Shown here in pieces: positions 53,558 through 62,084 of a stretch of 64,000 nt of DNA. The translations under genes and the position numbers were made by a program. Numbering within the stretch: position 1 is the first letter of the stretch; the number at the start of each line of letters is the position of its first letter. The DNA lies in contig JAFAQY010000106.1 in NCBI GenBank assembly GCA_019261985.1, positions 22,214 through 86,213 on the forward strand, given 5' to 3'. The notes beneath the pieces are model-generated. The model was not told the origin of the DNA. It saw only the letters and a list, made by a program, of their open reading frames with translations, and made no database searches. Origin of the DNA: Bryobacterales bacterium (GTDB lineage Bacteria; Acidobacteriota; Terriglobia; Bryobacterales; Bryobacteraceae).

Positions 53558-55621
53558 ATGAATCTCACGATCCGAGCGGGCGTTGTTACTTCCCTCGCCT
53601 TTTTCGCGGCAAATGGCTGGGCCGAGGAAGGCATGTGGACCTTCGATAACCCACCGGTAAAACAACTGCAGGACAAATATCGCTTCACGCCCACAAAAGA
53701 GTGGCTCGATCACGTGCGGCTGGCGAGCGTCCGCCTGAACGACGGCGGCTCGGGCTCCTTCGTGAGTCCGCACGGCTTGCTGCTCACGAACCATCACGTC
53801 GCGCGAGGGCAGTTGCAAAAAAACTCCACTCCGGAGCACGATTACATCGCCAATGGATTTTACGCCGCAACTCCGGATCAAGAGATCAAATCGCCGGACC
53901 TGGAGATCAATGTCCTGATATCGATGGAAGACGTCACCGCTCGCGTGCGCGATGCGGTGAAGCAGGCCAAATCGGCGGAAGACCAGTACAAATCGCGGCA
54001 GGCCATAATCGCGCAGATCGAGCGCGAAAGCCAGCAGAAGACCGGTCTGCGCTCCGACGTAGTGACGCTTTACGGCGGCGGGGAGTACTGGCTCTACCGC
54101 TACAAAAAGTACACCGATGTGCGCATTGTGTTCGCGCCGGAGCAACAGATCGCGTTTTATGGAGGCGATCCCGACAACTTCACCTACCCGCGGTATGACC
54201 TGGACATGGCTCTATTCCGCGTTTACGAGAACGGCAAACCGATCGACAGCACCCAATATTTGAAATGGAATCCGAAGGGGGCGGCCGACGAAGAGCTGGT
54301 CTTTGTTTCTGGAAATCCCGGCGCGACATCCCGGCTCGATACCGTGGCGCAGCTCGCAAATGAACGCGACACCATTGAACCCATTCTGATTAAACGAACC
54401 AACGACCGTATCGCTACGCTGAAAAACTTCGCGGGGCTGGGATCGAATCAAGCTCTTGAGGCCGGGTCGCGAATATTCAATCTGGAGAATTCAAAGAAGG
54501 TTTACGACGGCCGTCTGCGAGGGCTCAAGGACCCGGCCATCTTCGGGAAGAAGCAAAAAGAAGAGGACGATTTCAAGGCGCGGGTGATGGCGAATCCGCA
54601 GTGGAAGGCGGCATCCGGCAATGCCTGGCAGGAGATCGCAGACGCACAGAAAAAAGCCGTCTCTCGCGTGAAAGAGCAATTCTTCCGCGATCTGGATTCC
54701 ACCCTGGCCAGTTACGCTGGGGTAATCGTGCAATACGTGGCCGAAGTCAAAAAGCCGGATGGCGAGCGGCTCCCGGGTTATCACGATTCGCAGCTGGAGT
54801 CGCTGAAATTCAGGTTGCTATCGAAGGCTCCCGTTTATCGCGATTTGGAAATCGCAACCATGACCGGCGCTCTGGAACTCAGTCTTTCCGAGTTGGGCGC
54901 GAGCGATCCTTTTGTGAAGGCGGTGCTGGAGGGCAGGACCCCCACTCAGGCCGCGACAGAACTGGTGACCGCCACCAAGCTGACCGACGCGGCGGTTCGG
55001 CAGCAGCTTCTGGATGGGGGCGAAGCCGCGGTAATGGCCTCGAACGATCCGATGATCGTGCTCGCGCGCAAGCTCGATCCCATGCGCCGGGAACTAATCA
55101 AGTGGAACGAGCAGAACGTGACGAGTGTGGTGCAAAGGGCGGGGGAGCAACTAGGGAGGGCGCGATTTGATGTTTACGGAAAATCGACGTATCCCGATGC
55201 CACGTTCACGCTTCGGCTGAGCTATGGCCAAATGAAGGGCTATCCCATGAACGGGACCATTGCTCCGTACAAGACGACCCTGTTCGGGCTTTACGACCGG
55301 GCCAACAGCTTCAATTTCCAAGAGCCATTCGATTTGCCGGCCCGATACAAGGAGGGCAAGTCGAAGCTGGATCTATCCACCCCCATGAATTTTGTCAGCA
55401 CCAATGACATCATCGGGGGCAACTCCGGATCGCCGGTGATCAACCGCAACGGCGAGATTGTGGGTTTGATTTTTGACGGAAACATCGAGTCGCTGGTCGG
55501 CGATTTCGTTTATGACATCGCGGAGAACCGCGCCGTTGCGGTGCACACATCGGTGATGACCGAGGTGCTAACCAAGCTCTACGGCGCACAGAAGCTGGTG
55601 GACGAATTACTGAACCCCTAA
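53558..55621 (+). CDS. S46-family serine peptidase (dipeptidyl-peptidase 7/11-like)
   Basis: 687-aa ORF with an AGGAGA ribosome-binding site and a signal peptide. N-terminal EEGMWTFDNPP, His context LLLTNHHVA, and catalytic Ser context IGGNSGSPVINRNGEIVGLIFDGN. Confidence 0.85.
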   Translation: MNLTIRAGVVTSLAFFAANGWAEEGMWTFDNPPVKQLQDKYRFTPTKEWLDHVRLASVRLNDGGSGSFVSPHGLLLTNHHVARGQLQKNSTPEHDYIANGFYAATPDQEIKSPDLEINVLISMEDVTARVRDAVKQAKSAEDQYKSRQAIIAQIERESQQKTGLRSDVVTLYGGGEYWLYRYKKYTDVRIVFAPEQQIAFYGGDPDNFTYPRYDLDMALFRVYENGKPIDSTQYLKWNPKGAADEELVFVSGNPGATSRLDTVAQLANERDTIEPILIKRTNDRIATLKNFAGLGSNQALEAGSRIFNLENSKKVYDGRLRGLKDPAIFGKKQKEEDDFKARVMANPQWKAASGNAWQEIADAQKKAVSRVKEQFFRDLDSTLASYAGVIVQYVAEVKKPDGERLPGYHDSQLESLKFRLLSKAPVYRDLEIATMTGALELSLSELGASDPFVKAVLEGRTPTQAATELVTATKLTDAAVRQQLLDGGEAAVMASNDPMIVLARKLDPMRRELIKWNEQNVTSVVQRAGEQLGRARFDVYGKSTYPDATFTLRLSYGQMKGYPMNGTIAPYKTTLFGLYDRANSFNFQEPFDLPARYKEGKSKLDLSTPMNFVSTNDIIGGNSGSPVINRNGEIVGLIFDGNIESLVGDFVYDIAENRAVAVHTSVMTEVLTKLYGAQKLVDELLNP

Positions 55622-55625
55622 ACGA

Positions 55626-55666
55626 AAAAGCCACGGGGCGGCCGCCGAAACAAACCAGCCCCGTGG
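55626..55666 (-). terminator. Rho-independent terminator of the flagellin gene
   Basis: A 9-bp GC-rich stem (CCACGGGGC at 55631-55639 pairing with GCCCCGTGG at 55658-55666) is followed on the minus strand by CTTTTTCG. It begins 31 nt after the flagellin stop. Confidence 0.6.
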
Positions 55667-55696
55667 GTTAAGTAGTAGGAGGAAAAAGCGTCAGGC

Positions 55697-58600
55697 TTAC
55701 CCGTGCTGCAGTAATGACAGAACCTGTTGCGGCGCCGAGTTGGCCTGCGCGAGCGCCGCGATGCCCGCCTGCAACATAATTTGAGCCTTGGTCAGATTGG
55801 CCGATTCGGTGGCCAGGTCGGCGTCGCGGATGGTAGACTCCGCAGCCGAGAAATTGGTCAATTGCGAGTTGGCCAGGTTGATCGCGTAATTGAATTGGTT
55901 TTCTCCACGGCCGACTACGGCTTGCGCGGAGCCGAGCCTCGTGACCGCGGCTGCCAAGGAAGTCGCCGCCGCTTCGGCCGAAGACAGCGTACTTATGTCG
56001 GAAGTGGAGCCGCCCGCCGCTCGCGTTGAATCGACGGTGACGCCTTGCGCGCCACCGGAGCTCATCCCGGCTCCATCGCCTGTGCTGCCGATGGAAACCT
56101 GGAAGTTGTTCAGCGTGCTCATGAACTTGATCTGCTCGGTGCCGGAGGAATTGTCTTTGATGGCAACGATCTTCTGGAGGGTGGTGTTGTTGCTCTGCTG
56201 AAGCGCAGTGTTGATCGCGCTAATCGCCTGGTCGATGGTTTGGCCGTTGCGGGATGTCGCGTTATCTTGCAGCGTGACTGACAACGATTGCTGAACCCCA
56301 TTGTTGTCCAATGCCGCGATGGTAACCGTCTGTTGATCGGAGCCATTCACGATCGGGGTGAAGGTCAAGTCTGAGGTTTCGCTGGCCCCTCCTACGTCTA
56401 TCTGCGCCGCATTCGCCGGTGCGGGGCTGCTGACGTTCCCGGTAAAGGTCTTGCCGGAGACGCCGTAACCCGTATCTGCCAACTCACCTGTGAAAGTACT
56501 GTTGTTCGTGATTCCAAGGTTGGCATTGCCCGTTCCCGTGGTGAAGCCGACGGACGCGCCTGTGCCCGCAGCCGCTGTGGTGAACTTCAAAAATCCTTGG
56601 GCGTCGCTCGCTACGGTGAGCCCGCTAGCGGTGAAGGCGGTAGCGATATTGGCAAGAGTCGAAGTTGCGCCCAATGTCGCGGTTTGAGCAGTGCCGCCGT
56701 TGACTGTATAAAGCACGTTGCCGCCAGTGGTTACACTGGAGTTCGCGGCGACTCCGGCCGTTTCGGTATCGGCATTCAGGCCGAGATTCGTCCGAGCGTC
56801 GTGCGAGGCCGCCGCCGTCAGAGCAACGCTTGAGTTTGTGCCGGTGCTATTGGACGTGATCACGATTTTATTCGCGCTGTTGATGCTGGCGGTCGCGCCG
56901 ATATTGTTGGACAAGAACTCAGTATTAAGCATGTCTGCGACTTGCTGCCGCGTGTAGGTGCCCGCGGCTAGCGTAATGGTAGTGGCGCCGCCGCTGTCTA
57001 CATTGATTTTCAACGAATCGTTGGTGCCGGCCGTAATTGTGGTGCTTGCACCAAGCGCCGCGTTCCCCACGGCAGTGCCTGAAGTCGCGTTCGCCTGGAA
57101 AGTGGCGTTGCCGGAAGCGACTCCGACAATCGTGCTCGCCGCAACCGCGCCGCTTCCGATGGCGTTCAGGCGGAAGTAAGTGCCGTTCGTAGACTGGATG
57201 CTCAACTGACCGCCGGAAAAAGTGGCCTTCATGCCGGCGGCTTGCAGACCGGCATCCTGCGAAAACTTTTGGTTAAGGTATGCGGCGATGTTCGCCCCCG
57301 AACGCGAAGTGCCGTTCACGGCTGCCCCCGCGGTCAGGCCGAGATCGCTGTTCGTGGTCAGCACCTGCACGCTCGAGGCCGCGCCCGATGTGGTGGATGT
57401 GAACTGCAGTGCGTTGTTAACCACCGTCGCCACATTCGACCCTACGGCGGCATTGATCTGATTCGCGACATCGCTCAGCGCGACCTTTGTGCCGGTGTTC
57501 AACGTCACATCGGTAATGCTTCCGTTAACCGCAAGGCTGAGATATCTGTTGTTGTTGGTAATCGCGGAAACCACTCCGCCCGTAACGGCTGAGCCGGTGG
57601 TCGTTGCAGCCGTTGCATCACCCGCATTACTCGGGCCATCCGCCAGATTCACGGCAATGGAATGAGTATTCGAAGCCTGCCCGCCTAGCGAAATCTCGAA
57701 CGTGCTGGTTCCGACGGCGGTAGCGTTGTTGTACGTTGTTCCAACGCTAAAGTCCGAGCCCGTGAGGCTGGTGTAATCCACGGCATTATTGGCGCCGTTC
57801 ACGAACGAACCGAACCCGAACATATTTTGCGCATCGCCCGTCACATCCACGCTGAAAGCCTCACCCTTATTGGATGTGAACGTGAGGCCGTCACCCGCCG
57901 TGGACGTGGTTAGATTAATGCCGGCCGCCTTTAAATTGGCGTCTGCGGAAACGGCGGAGTTCAGCGCCGAAATGGCCTGGTCGATGGTTTCAGTCGCGGT
58001 CGTGGTCAGGCTGATGTTGGTGGGGCTGGATTGTCCGGCGCCTTTGAATTGGAACGTGATCGTCCCGGCTCCAGCGGTTCCAAAAGTAGTCCCGCTAGCC
58101 GCTGAGTTCGCGGCGGCCATGACCTGCGTGTTTAGGGAAGCACCCGTCGAAGCACTTGCGGCGGTTGCAGTAGTGGTAGAAAGGCCGAGGTTGGTCGCCA
58201 AGGTTGTTGAAGAGATCGCCACGCTCGAATTACTGCTGTTGTTCTTGCTCTGGATCACGATCTGGTCGCCCTGCAGGGACGCCACCCCGTAATTAGCGAA
58301 ATGTAATCCAGCGCCCGTGTCGTTGTTCAAGTCCTTTACGATTTGAGCTTTGGAAACGCTCGCCCCGGAGGTCACGTTCACGCTAAAGGTGGGGCCGCCG
58401 TCCACGGACAGCGTAAGTGTGTTCGCCGTGCCGCCGCTGTTGGTCGCGATGGTCGCGTTGGAATCCGTTCCTTCGACCGAGGCGTTTACACCGAAATTTC
58501 CGAGTAGGGCATTCCCCATCCGGTCGCCCGCCTCCACCTGGAACGCCGCGGTGGAAGAGTTAAAGGTGAGCTGCTGCTTGCCTGTAGCATCCGTACTGAT

Positions 58601-59434
58601 CGAAGCGACAACATTTGCGTTCTTCAAAGCCGTGGCCTGCTGCGTGCCGGCGCCCTCCGCGCTCTGAATCGCTGCGTTGACCGCCGTTACAAGATCCGAG
58701 GTGCTCCCCAGATTGGCAGTGTCTACGCTGATCTGAATGCCGTTACCGGAAAATCCTGGGCCTTTCAGATAGAAGGTCGTATGGCCCGGGTTCGCCTCAG
58801 AGGCGGTGTTGGTGGCGTTCCCCAGAATACTTGCCAGACTCGTCGTGGGCGAACCGGCGCCGATATCCGTGCCGCTAATACCACTCGCCTGCACGCCGCT
58901 CAGCCCGAGACTCGCCGTGTCGACAGTCGAGTGGCTCAAATCGATCGCGACACTACCGTTCTGCGTGGCGCTGACGCCATTTGAGGACTGGCCCCCGCCG
59001 ATCAGCACGCTAAGATTTTTCGCGAAGGTGCCTCCATTATTTAGCCCGATCGCCTGCGCCTGCCGGTCGATTTCCGTCAAGACGCTTTGAAATTCGTTGT
59101 TCAGCACGTTCCGGTCTCCCGTGAACGTGCCCGAGGCGGATTGCGTGGCCAGCGTTTGGGCGCGGTCCAGAAGCTGCGAGATGTTATTCAAGCCGCCATC
59201 GGCAATCTGCAACTGGCTCAAACCGTCATTGGCGTTTTGAATACCCTGCGTCAAAACCGCTTCCTGCGAGCGGTACTGGTTAGCAATCGCCAACCCGGCA
59301 GCGTCATTGCCCGAGTTTACGATACGCAGACCGGATGTCACCTCGCTAATTGTCTGGTTTAAGAAATTCTGCGTCTGCCCCAAATACTGCCGCGATTGCA
59401 ATGACGCGATGTTGGTGTTAATGCTAAACGACAC
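55697..59434 (-). CDS. Giant flagellin (1245 aa)
   Basis: GTG start. The N-terminal D0/D1 region is MSFSINTNIASLQSRQYL...GLRIVNSGNDAAGLAIANQ. The C-terminal D1/D0 region is AQAVVGRGENQFNYAINLANSQLTNFSAAESTIRDADLATESANLTKAQIMLQAGIAALAQANSAPQQVLSLLQ. The roughly 950-aa central region is Ser/Thr/Ala/Gly/Asn-rich and internally repetitive. Confidence 0.85.
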   Translation of the reverse strand: MSFSINTNIASLQSRQYLGQTQNFLNQTISEVTSGLRIVNSGNDAAGLAIANQYRSQEAVLTQGIQNANDGLSQLQIADGGLNNISQLLDRAQTLATQSASGTFTGDRNVLNNEFQSVLTEIDRQAQAIGLNNGGTFAKNLSVLIGGGQSSNGVSATQNGSVAIDLSHSTVDTASLGLSGVQASGISGTDIGAGSPTTSLASILGNATNTASEANPGHTTFYLKGPGFSGNGIQISVDTANLGSTSDLVTAVNAAIQSAEGAGTQQATALKNANVVASISTDATGKQQLTFNSSTAAFQVEAGDRMGNALLGNFGVNASVEGTDSNATIATNSGGTANTLTLSVDGGPTFSVNVTSGASVSKAQIVKDLNNDTGAGLHFANYGVASLQGDQIVIQSKNNSSNSSVAISSTTLATNLGLSTTTATAASASTGASLNTQVMAAANSAASGTTFGTAGAGTITFQFKGAGQSSPTNISLTTTATETIDQAISALNSAVSADANLKAAGINLTTSTAGDGLTFTSNKGEAFSVDVTGDAQNMFGFGSFVNGANNAVDYTSLTGSDFSVGTTYNNATAVGTSTFEISLGGQASNTHSIAVNLADGPSNAGDATAATTTGSAVTGGVVSAITNNNRYLSLAVNGSITDVTLNTGTKVALSDVANQINAAVGSNVATVVNNALQFTSTTSGAASSVQVLTTNSDLGLTAGAAVNGTSRSGANIAAYLNQKFSQDAGLQAAGMKATFSGGQLSIQSTNGTYFRLNAIGSGAVAASTIVGVASGNATFQANATSGTAVGNAALGASTTITAGTNDSLKINVDSGGATTITLAAGTYTRQQVADMLNTEFLSNNIGATASINSANKIVITSNSTGTNSSVALTAAASHDARTNLGLNADTETAGVAANSSVTTGGNVLYTVNGGTAQTATLGATSTLANIATAFTASGLTVASDAQGFLKFTTAAAGTGASVGFTTGTGNANLGITNNSTFTGELADTGYGVSGKTFTGNVSSPAPANAAQIDVGGASETSDLTFTPIVNGSDQQTVTIAALDNNGVQQSLSVTLQDNATSRNGQTIDQAISAINTALQQSNNTTLQKIVAIKDNSSGTEQIKFMSTLNNFQVSIGSTGDGAGMSSGGAQGVTVDSTRAAGGSTSDISTLSSAEAAATSLAAAVTRLGSAQAVVGRGENQFNYAINLANSQLTNFSAAESTIRDADLATESANLTKAQIMLQAGIAALAQANSAPQQVLSLLQHG

Positions 59435-59442
59435 GGATTCGT

Positions 59443-59476
59443 CTCCTTTGATTAGTTACCGGAAATCCTTTCCCGG
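59443..59476 (-). promoter_or_regulatory. Flagellin 5' leader with two candidate CsrA-binding GGA sites (a hairpin loop and the Shine-Dalgarno sequence)
   Basis: The leader reads CCGGGAA-AGGA-TTTCCGG, a 7-bp stem presenting AGGA in a 4-nt loop (59459-59476). It continues CAAAGGAGAC, where GGA lies within the Shine-Dalgarno sequence (59443-59447), 8 nt before the GTG. Confidence 0.55.
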
Positions 59477-59492
59477 TTGCTTCACAAAGCTT

Positions 59493-59520
59493 TTATCGGC
59501 TGCTTTCGTAACTTTTTGAA
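59493..59520 (-). promoter_or_regulatory. Sigma28 (FliA)-type promoter for the flagellin gene
   Basis: The gene-sense sequence is TCAAAAAGTTACGAAAGCA-GCCGATAA. The -10 element is an exact GCCGATAA whose last three bases are the csrA TAA stop. CAAA lies 14 nt upstream as a weak -35. Confidence 0.45.
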
Positions 59521-59750
59521 GCCGGATCTTTCAAACACGCGCTTAAACGCCTGATTGCAACCGGGGGTATCTCGCGCGCTGCTTCGCGGTTCTGTTGGCG
59601 CGTGATCTGGATTTCTTTCCTTAGTACCGGCACCGATCGCGGCGCCCGGATTCCGAGCTTCACCTGGGAAACCGTGGCTTCCAATACCTCGACCTCCACG
59701 CCTTCGCCGATCAGCACAGCCTCCCCTGGCCTTCGCCGGATCACTAACAC
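59493..59750 (-). CDS. csrA: Carbon storage regulator CsrA (flagellar type)
   Basis: 85-aa ORF. MLVIRRRPGEAVLIGEGVEVEVLEATVSQVKLGIRAPRSVPVLRKEI is canonical CsrA. It overlaps fliW by 7 nt. Confidence 0.85.
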   Translation of the reverse strand: MLVIRRRPGEAVLIGEGVEVEVLEATVSQVKLGIRAPRSVPVLRKEIQITRQQNREAAREIPPVAIRRLSACLKDPASKSYESSR

Positions 59751-60277
59751 GTGTCCTCTGCGGCATCTTGCGGCTTAACCGAGCCCGGCGCGGACGGCCA
59801 AGGAGAGCTTCCACTGTGCCGCTTCTCGCTAACCGGGGCCGGCGAGATAAGGTGCCGGTGCGAATAGCGAGTATCGCTGCGCACAGCCTGCAAAGCCACG
59901 TGCGTTCGCACATTCACCACGATTGGGGCCAGCAAATTCGCGGTGAGCCGGCTGCCTTCCGCCAGGCATAAGATCGCTAAGCAGACGACGTCTTCGTCCA
60001 TAACCGGTCGCCGTGCGGTATCCAATCCAAGCGTCCTTAGATCTTCCCGGCTGATATCCAGCGAGTACCGGGCATCAACGGCCGGTACGGGCGCTGCCCA
60101 AAGGCGCAACTGCGGGGATTTGAGGCTTTGAAGGCAAACCACCGGCGCCAGATCCGCTGGCGCACTAACTGTGAAATGGCGATCCCGTTCGAATCCTGGA
60201 AGCCCGTCCGGGAAATAGAGGATCACCCGATCCCGCGCCAGGGAAGATCGAGCGAGGCAGACTTGAATGGAGGCCAT
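59744..60277 (-). CDS. fliW: Flagellar assembly factor FliW
   Basis: 177-aa ORF. ILYFPDGLPGFERDRHF...LTANLLAPIVVNVRTHVALQ is the FliW signature. Sits immediately upstream of csrA. Confidence 0.8.
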   Translation of the reverse strand: MASIQVCLARSSLARDRVILYFPDGLPGFERDRHFTVSAPADLAPVVCLQSLKSPQLRLWAAPVPAVDARYSLDISREDLRTLGLDTARRPVMDEDVVCLAILCLAEGSRLTANLLAPIVVNVRTHVALQAVRSDTRYSHRHLISPAPVSEKRHSGSSPWPSAPGSVKPQDAAEDTC

Positions 60278-60333
60278 CAGTGCAAATCAAGCACGCAAGT
60301 AGCCAACATTCGCGTCCGACGAACTAAAACAAT

Positions 60334-60393
60334 CTCTCGCAAAGCCCGCAAAGAAAACAAATCTCTTTGCGATCTTTGCGGGCTTTGCGAGAG
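60334..60393. repeat. Perfect 21-bp inverted repeat (hairpin with an 18-nt loop), related to a second partial copy at 60473-60530
   Basis: CTCTCGCAAAGCCCGCAAAGA (60334-60354) is the exact reverse complement of 60373-60393. On the minus strand it is followed by ATTGTTTTAG, so it may terminate the tannase transcript. The motif AATCTCT(C/A)GCAAAGCCC(C)GCAAAG recurs at 60473. Confidence 0.7.
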
Positions 60394-60536
60394 TATGAAT
60401 TGTGTTCCGTTGAGGGCCTATGGGGCGACGGAATCATCTCACTTCAATATTCGCGCCAGGATGAATTAAACCAATCTCTAGCAAAGCCCCGCAAAGGCCG
60501 CAAAGAAAAACAGATCTCTGCGAGAATGTGAATCGC

Positions 60537-62066
60537 TCAGGGCTTCGGCAGGCCACACGCGAAATTCTCGGCTCGGTCCGTGCTCCCCGACCCCTTCCAG
60601 TGCGCCTCCAGCGGATAAGGGCACAGCGGACGCGTGCGGTCCACCGCACCATTCGTTAAATGCGACGCAATCATTTGCTCCGGCGCCGAGCCTCGCTCTA
60701 TCCAATCCTCCAGCGCCTTTACCGAATCGAAGGTGTTCGGCCCCGGGCCGCCATTGCAGTGATACATGCCCGGAACCATAAACAACCGATAGAAGCTTTT
60801 GGTCTTATCCAAACCGCCATTGAATTGCACGGCGCTTTCGTAATAATTGATGCTATTCAGCGGCGAGATGTCGGGATCGGCATAACCGTGATACTGAATT
60901 AACTTGCCGCCGCGCCCACGGAATGCCGTCAGGTCCGGATTCATGTTGTTGAAAATCGGCCCCAGCTTTTTATCGATGAAATCGACGTCGCTATCGAATC
61001 CGTTCTCGCGTTGCCAGCGGAAGCCGCGGTAGTCCCAATTTGGATTCTCAAATCCGACATTTTGCAGAAACGGCATTCCCAAAACGGTATGCGACCCGCG
61101 TCCACGATCGGAACCTGTAATCCAGGTGCTCCATCCGCCCGCGCCCGCTTCCCCACCCGGCAGTACTCCGGGAAAAATCTGGTCGCCCGCCGGCGTCCGC
61201 CCGCCTTGGTAAATCTTCTTTACCGATTCCACCTGCGTGGACGTCAGGCAATCGGCGGCATCGCCAGCTTTGCAGAGCAGCGCGGAGGGGTCGAAATGAC
61301 AGCGGCGCGGATCATTGATCACTCCATCCTTAATTCCATCCAGAGCGTCACACGCCTTATAAACCGCTTCGCCGATGAGCTGCGTCTTGCTCGCCGGAAT
61401 ATAGCCGGACTCCATTGCCTGCGTAATCCAAAGGTGTCCGCCGAGATAAAGATGCGTCCAATAGTTCGCCGGGTCGCCGGCAATGATGCCGTCGAAGTCT
61501 TCCGGGTAGCGCTGCGCCTCGGTCAATGCCTCCTGCCCGCCTTGTGAGCAGCCGCTGAAATAAGAATGCTCCGGAGCGGCGCCGTAAAACGCCTGGATGA
61601 TCGCCTTATCCGCCTGCGCTGTCACGTGCACGGCGCGGTGGGCGAAATCGATGACCCGCTGCATGTGGCCAAGCGCCCAATGCCCATCGTTGTCCGCTGT
61701 GTGCCCGGTATCGGTGCTGCTGGAAGCGTAACCGCGACGCAGCGGATCGAGCATCGCGTTATAGTTGATCGTGCCTGCGAGACCGCCGTTGCCGACTTCC
61801 ATAAACTTGCGGTTCCAAGATCCAGGGAGCCATAGCTCGAAGTTCACTTCCGGCGCGATCACGCCCGCCACCCGGCAAAATCCCGGAACGCTCGCCGGCG
61901 GCGCCGCCCCCCGGCCTCCAGGCAGCGCAAACGAGCCGGCCGGAACAGAGGCGGCCATCGTAATCGTCGTGTTCGGAAGCGAGAGCTTCGTCAGGTTTTC
62001 GCACGGCTGCTGAGCAAGCAGGCGCAGGGAGCAAATCGAGAGGACGAAAACGAAGGCACGAATCAT
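60537..62066 (-). CDS. Tannase/feruloyl esterase-family alpha/beta hydrolase (secreted)
   Basis: 509-aa ORF with a signal peptide. FMEVGNGGLAG, nucleophile motif FSGCSQGGQEAL, and multiple conserved cysteines typical of the family. Confidence 0.8.
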   Translation of the reverse strand: MIRAFVFVLSICSLRLLAQQPCENLTKLSLPNTTITMAASVPAGSFALPGGRGAAPPASVPGFCRVAGVIAPEVNFELWLPGSWNRKFMEVGNGGLAGTINYNAMLDPLRRGYASSSTDTGHTADNDGHWALGHMQRVIDFAHRAVHVTAQADKAIIQAFYGAAPEHSYFSGCSQGGQEALTEAQRYPEDFDGIIAGDPANYWTHLYLGGHLWITQAMESGYIPASKTQLIGEAVYKACDALDGIKDGVINDPRRCHFDPSALLCKAGDAADCLTSTQVESVKKIYQGGRTPAGDQIFPGVLPGGEAGAGGWSTWITGSDRGRGSHTVLGMPFLQNVGFENPNWDYRGFRWQRENGFDSDVDFIDKKLGPIFNNMNPDLTAFRGRGGKLIQYHGYADPDISPLNSINYYESAVQFNGGLDKTKSFYRLFMVPGMYHCNGGPGPNTFDSVKALEDWIERGSAPEQMIASHLTNGAVDRTRPLCPYPLEAHWKGSGSTDRAENFACGLPKP

Positions 62067-62084
62067 GTGAGGAGTATATAAGAA

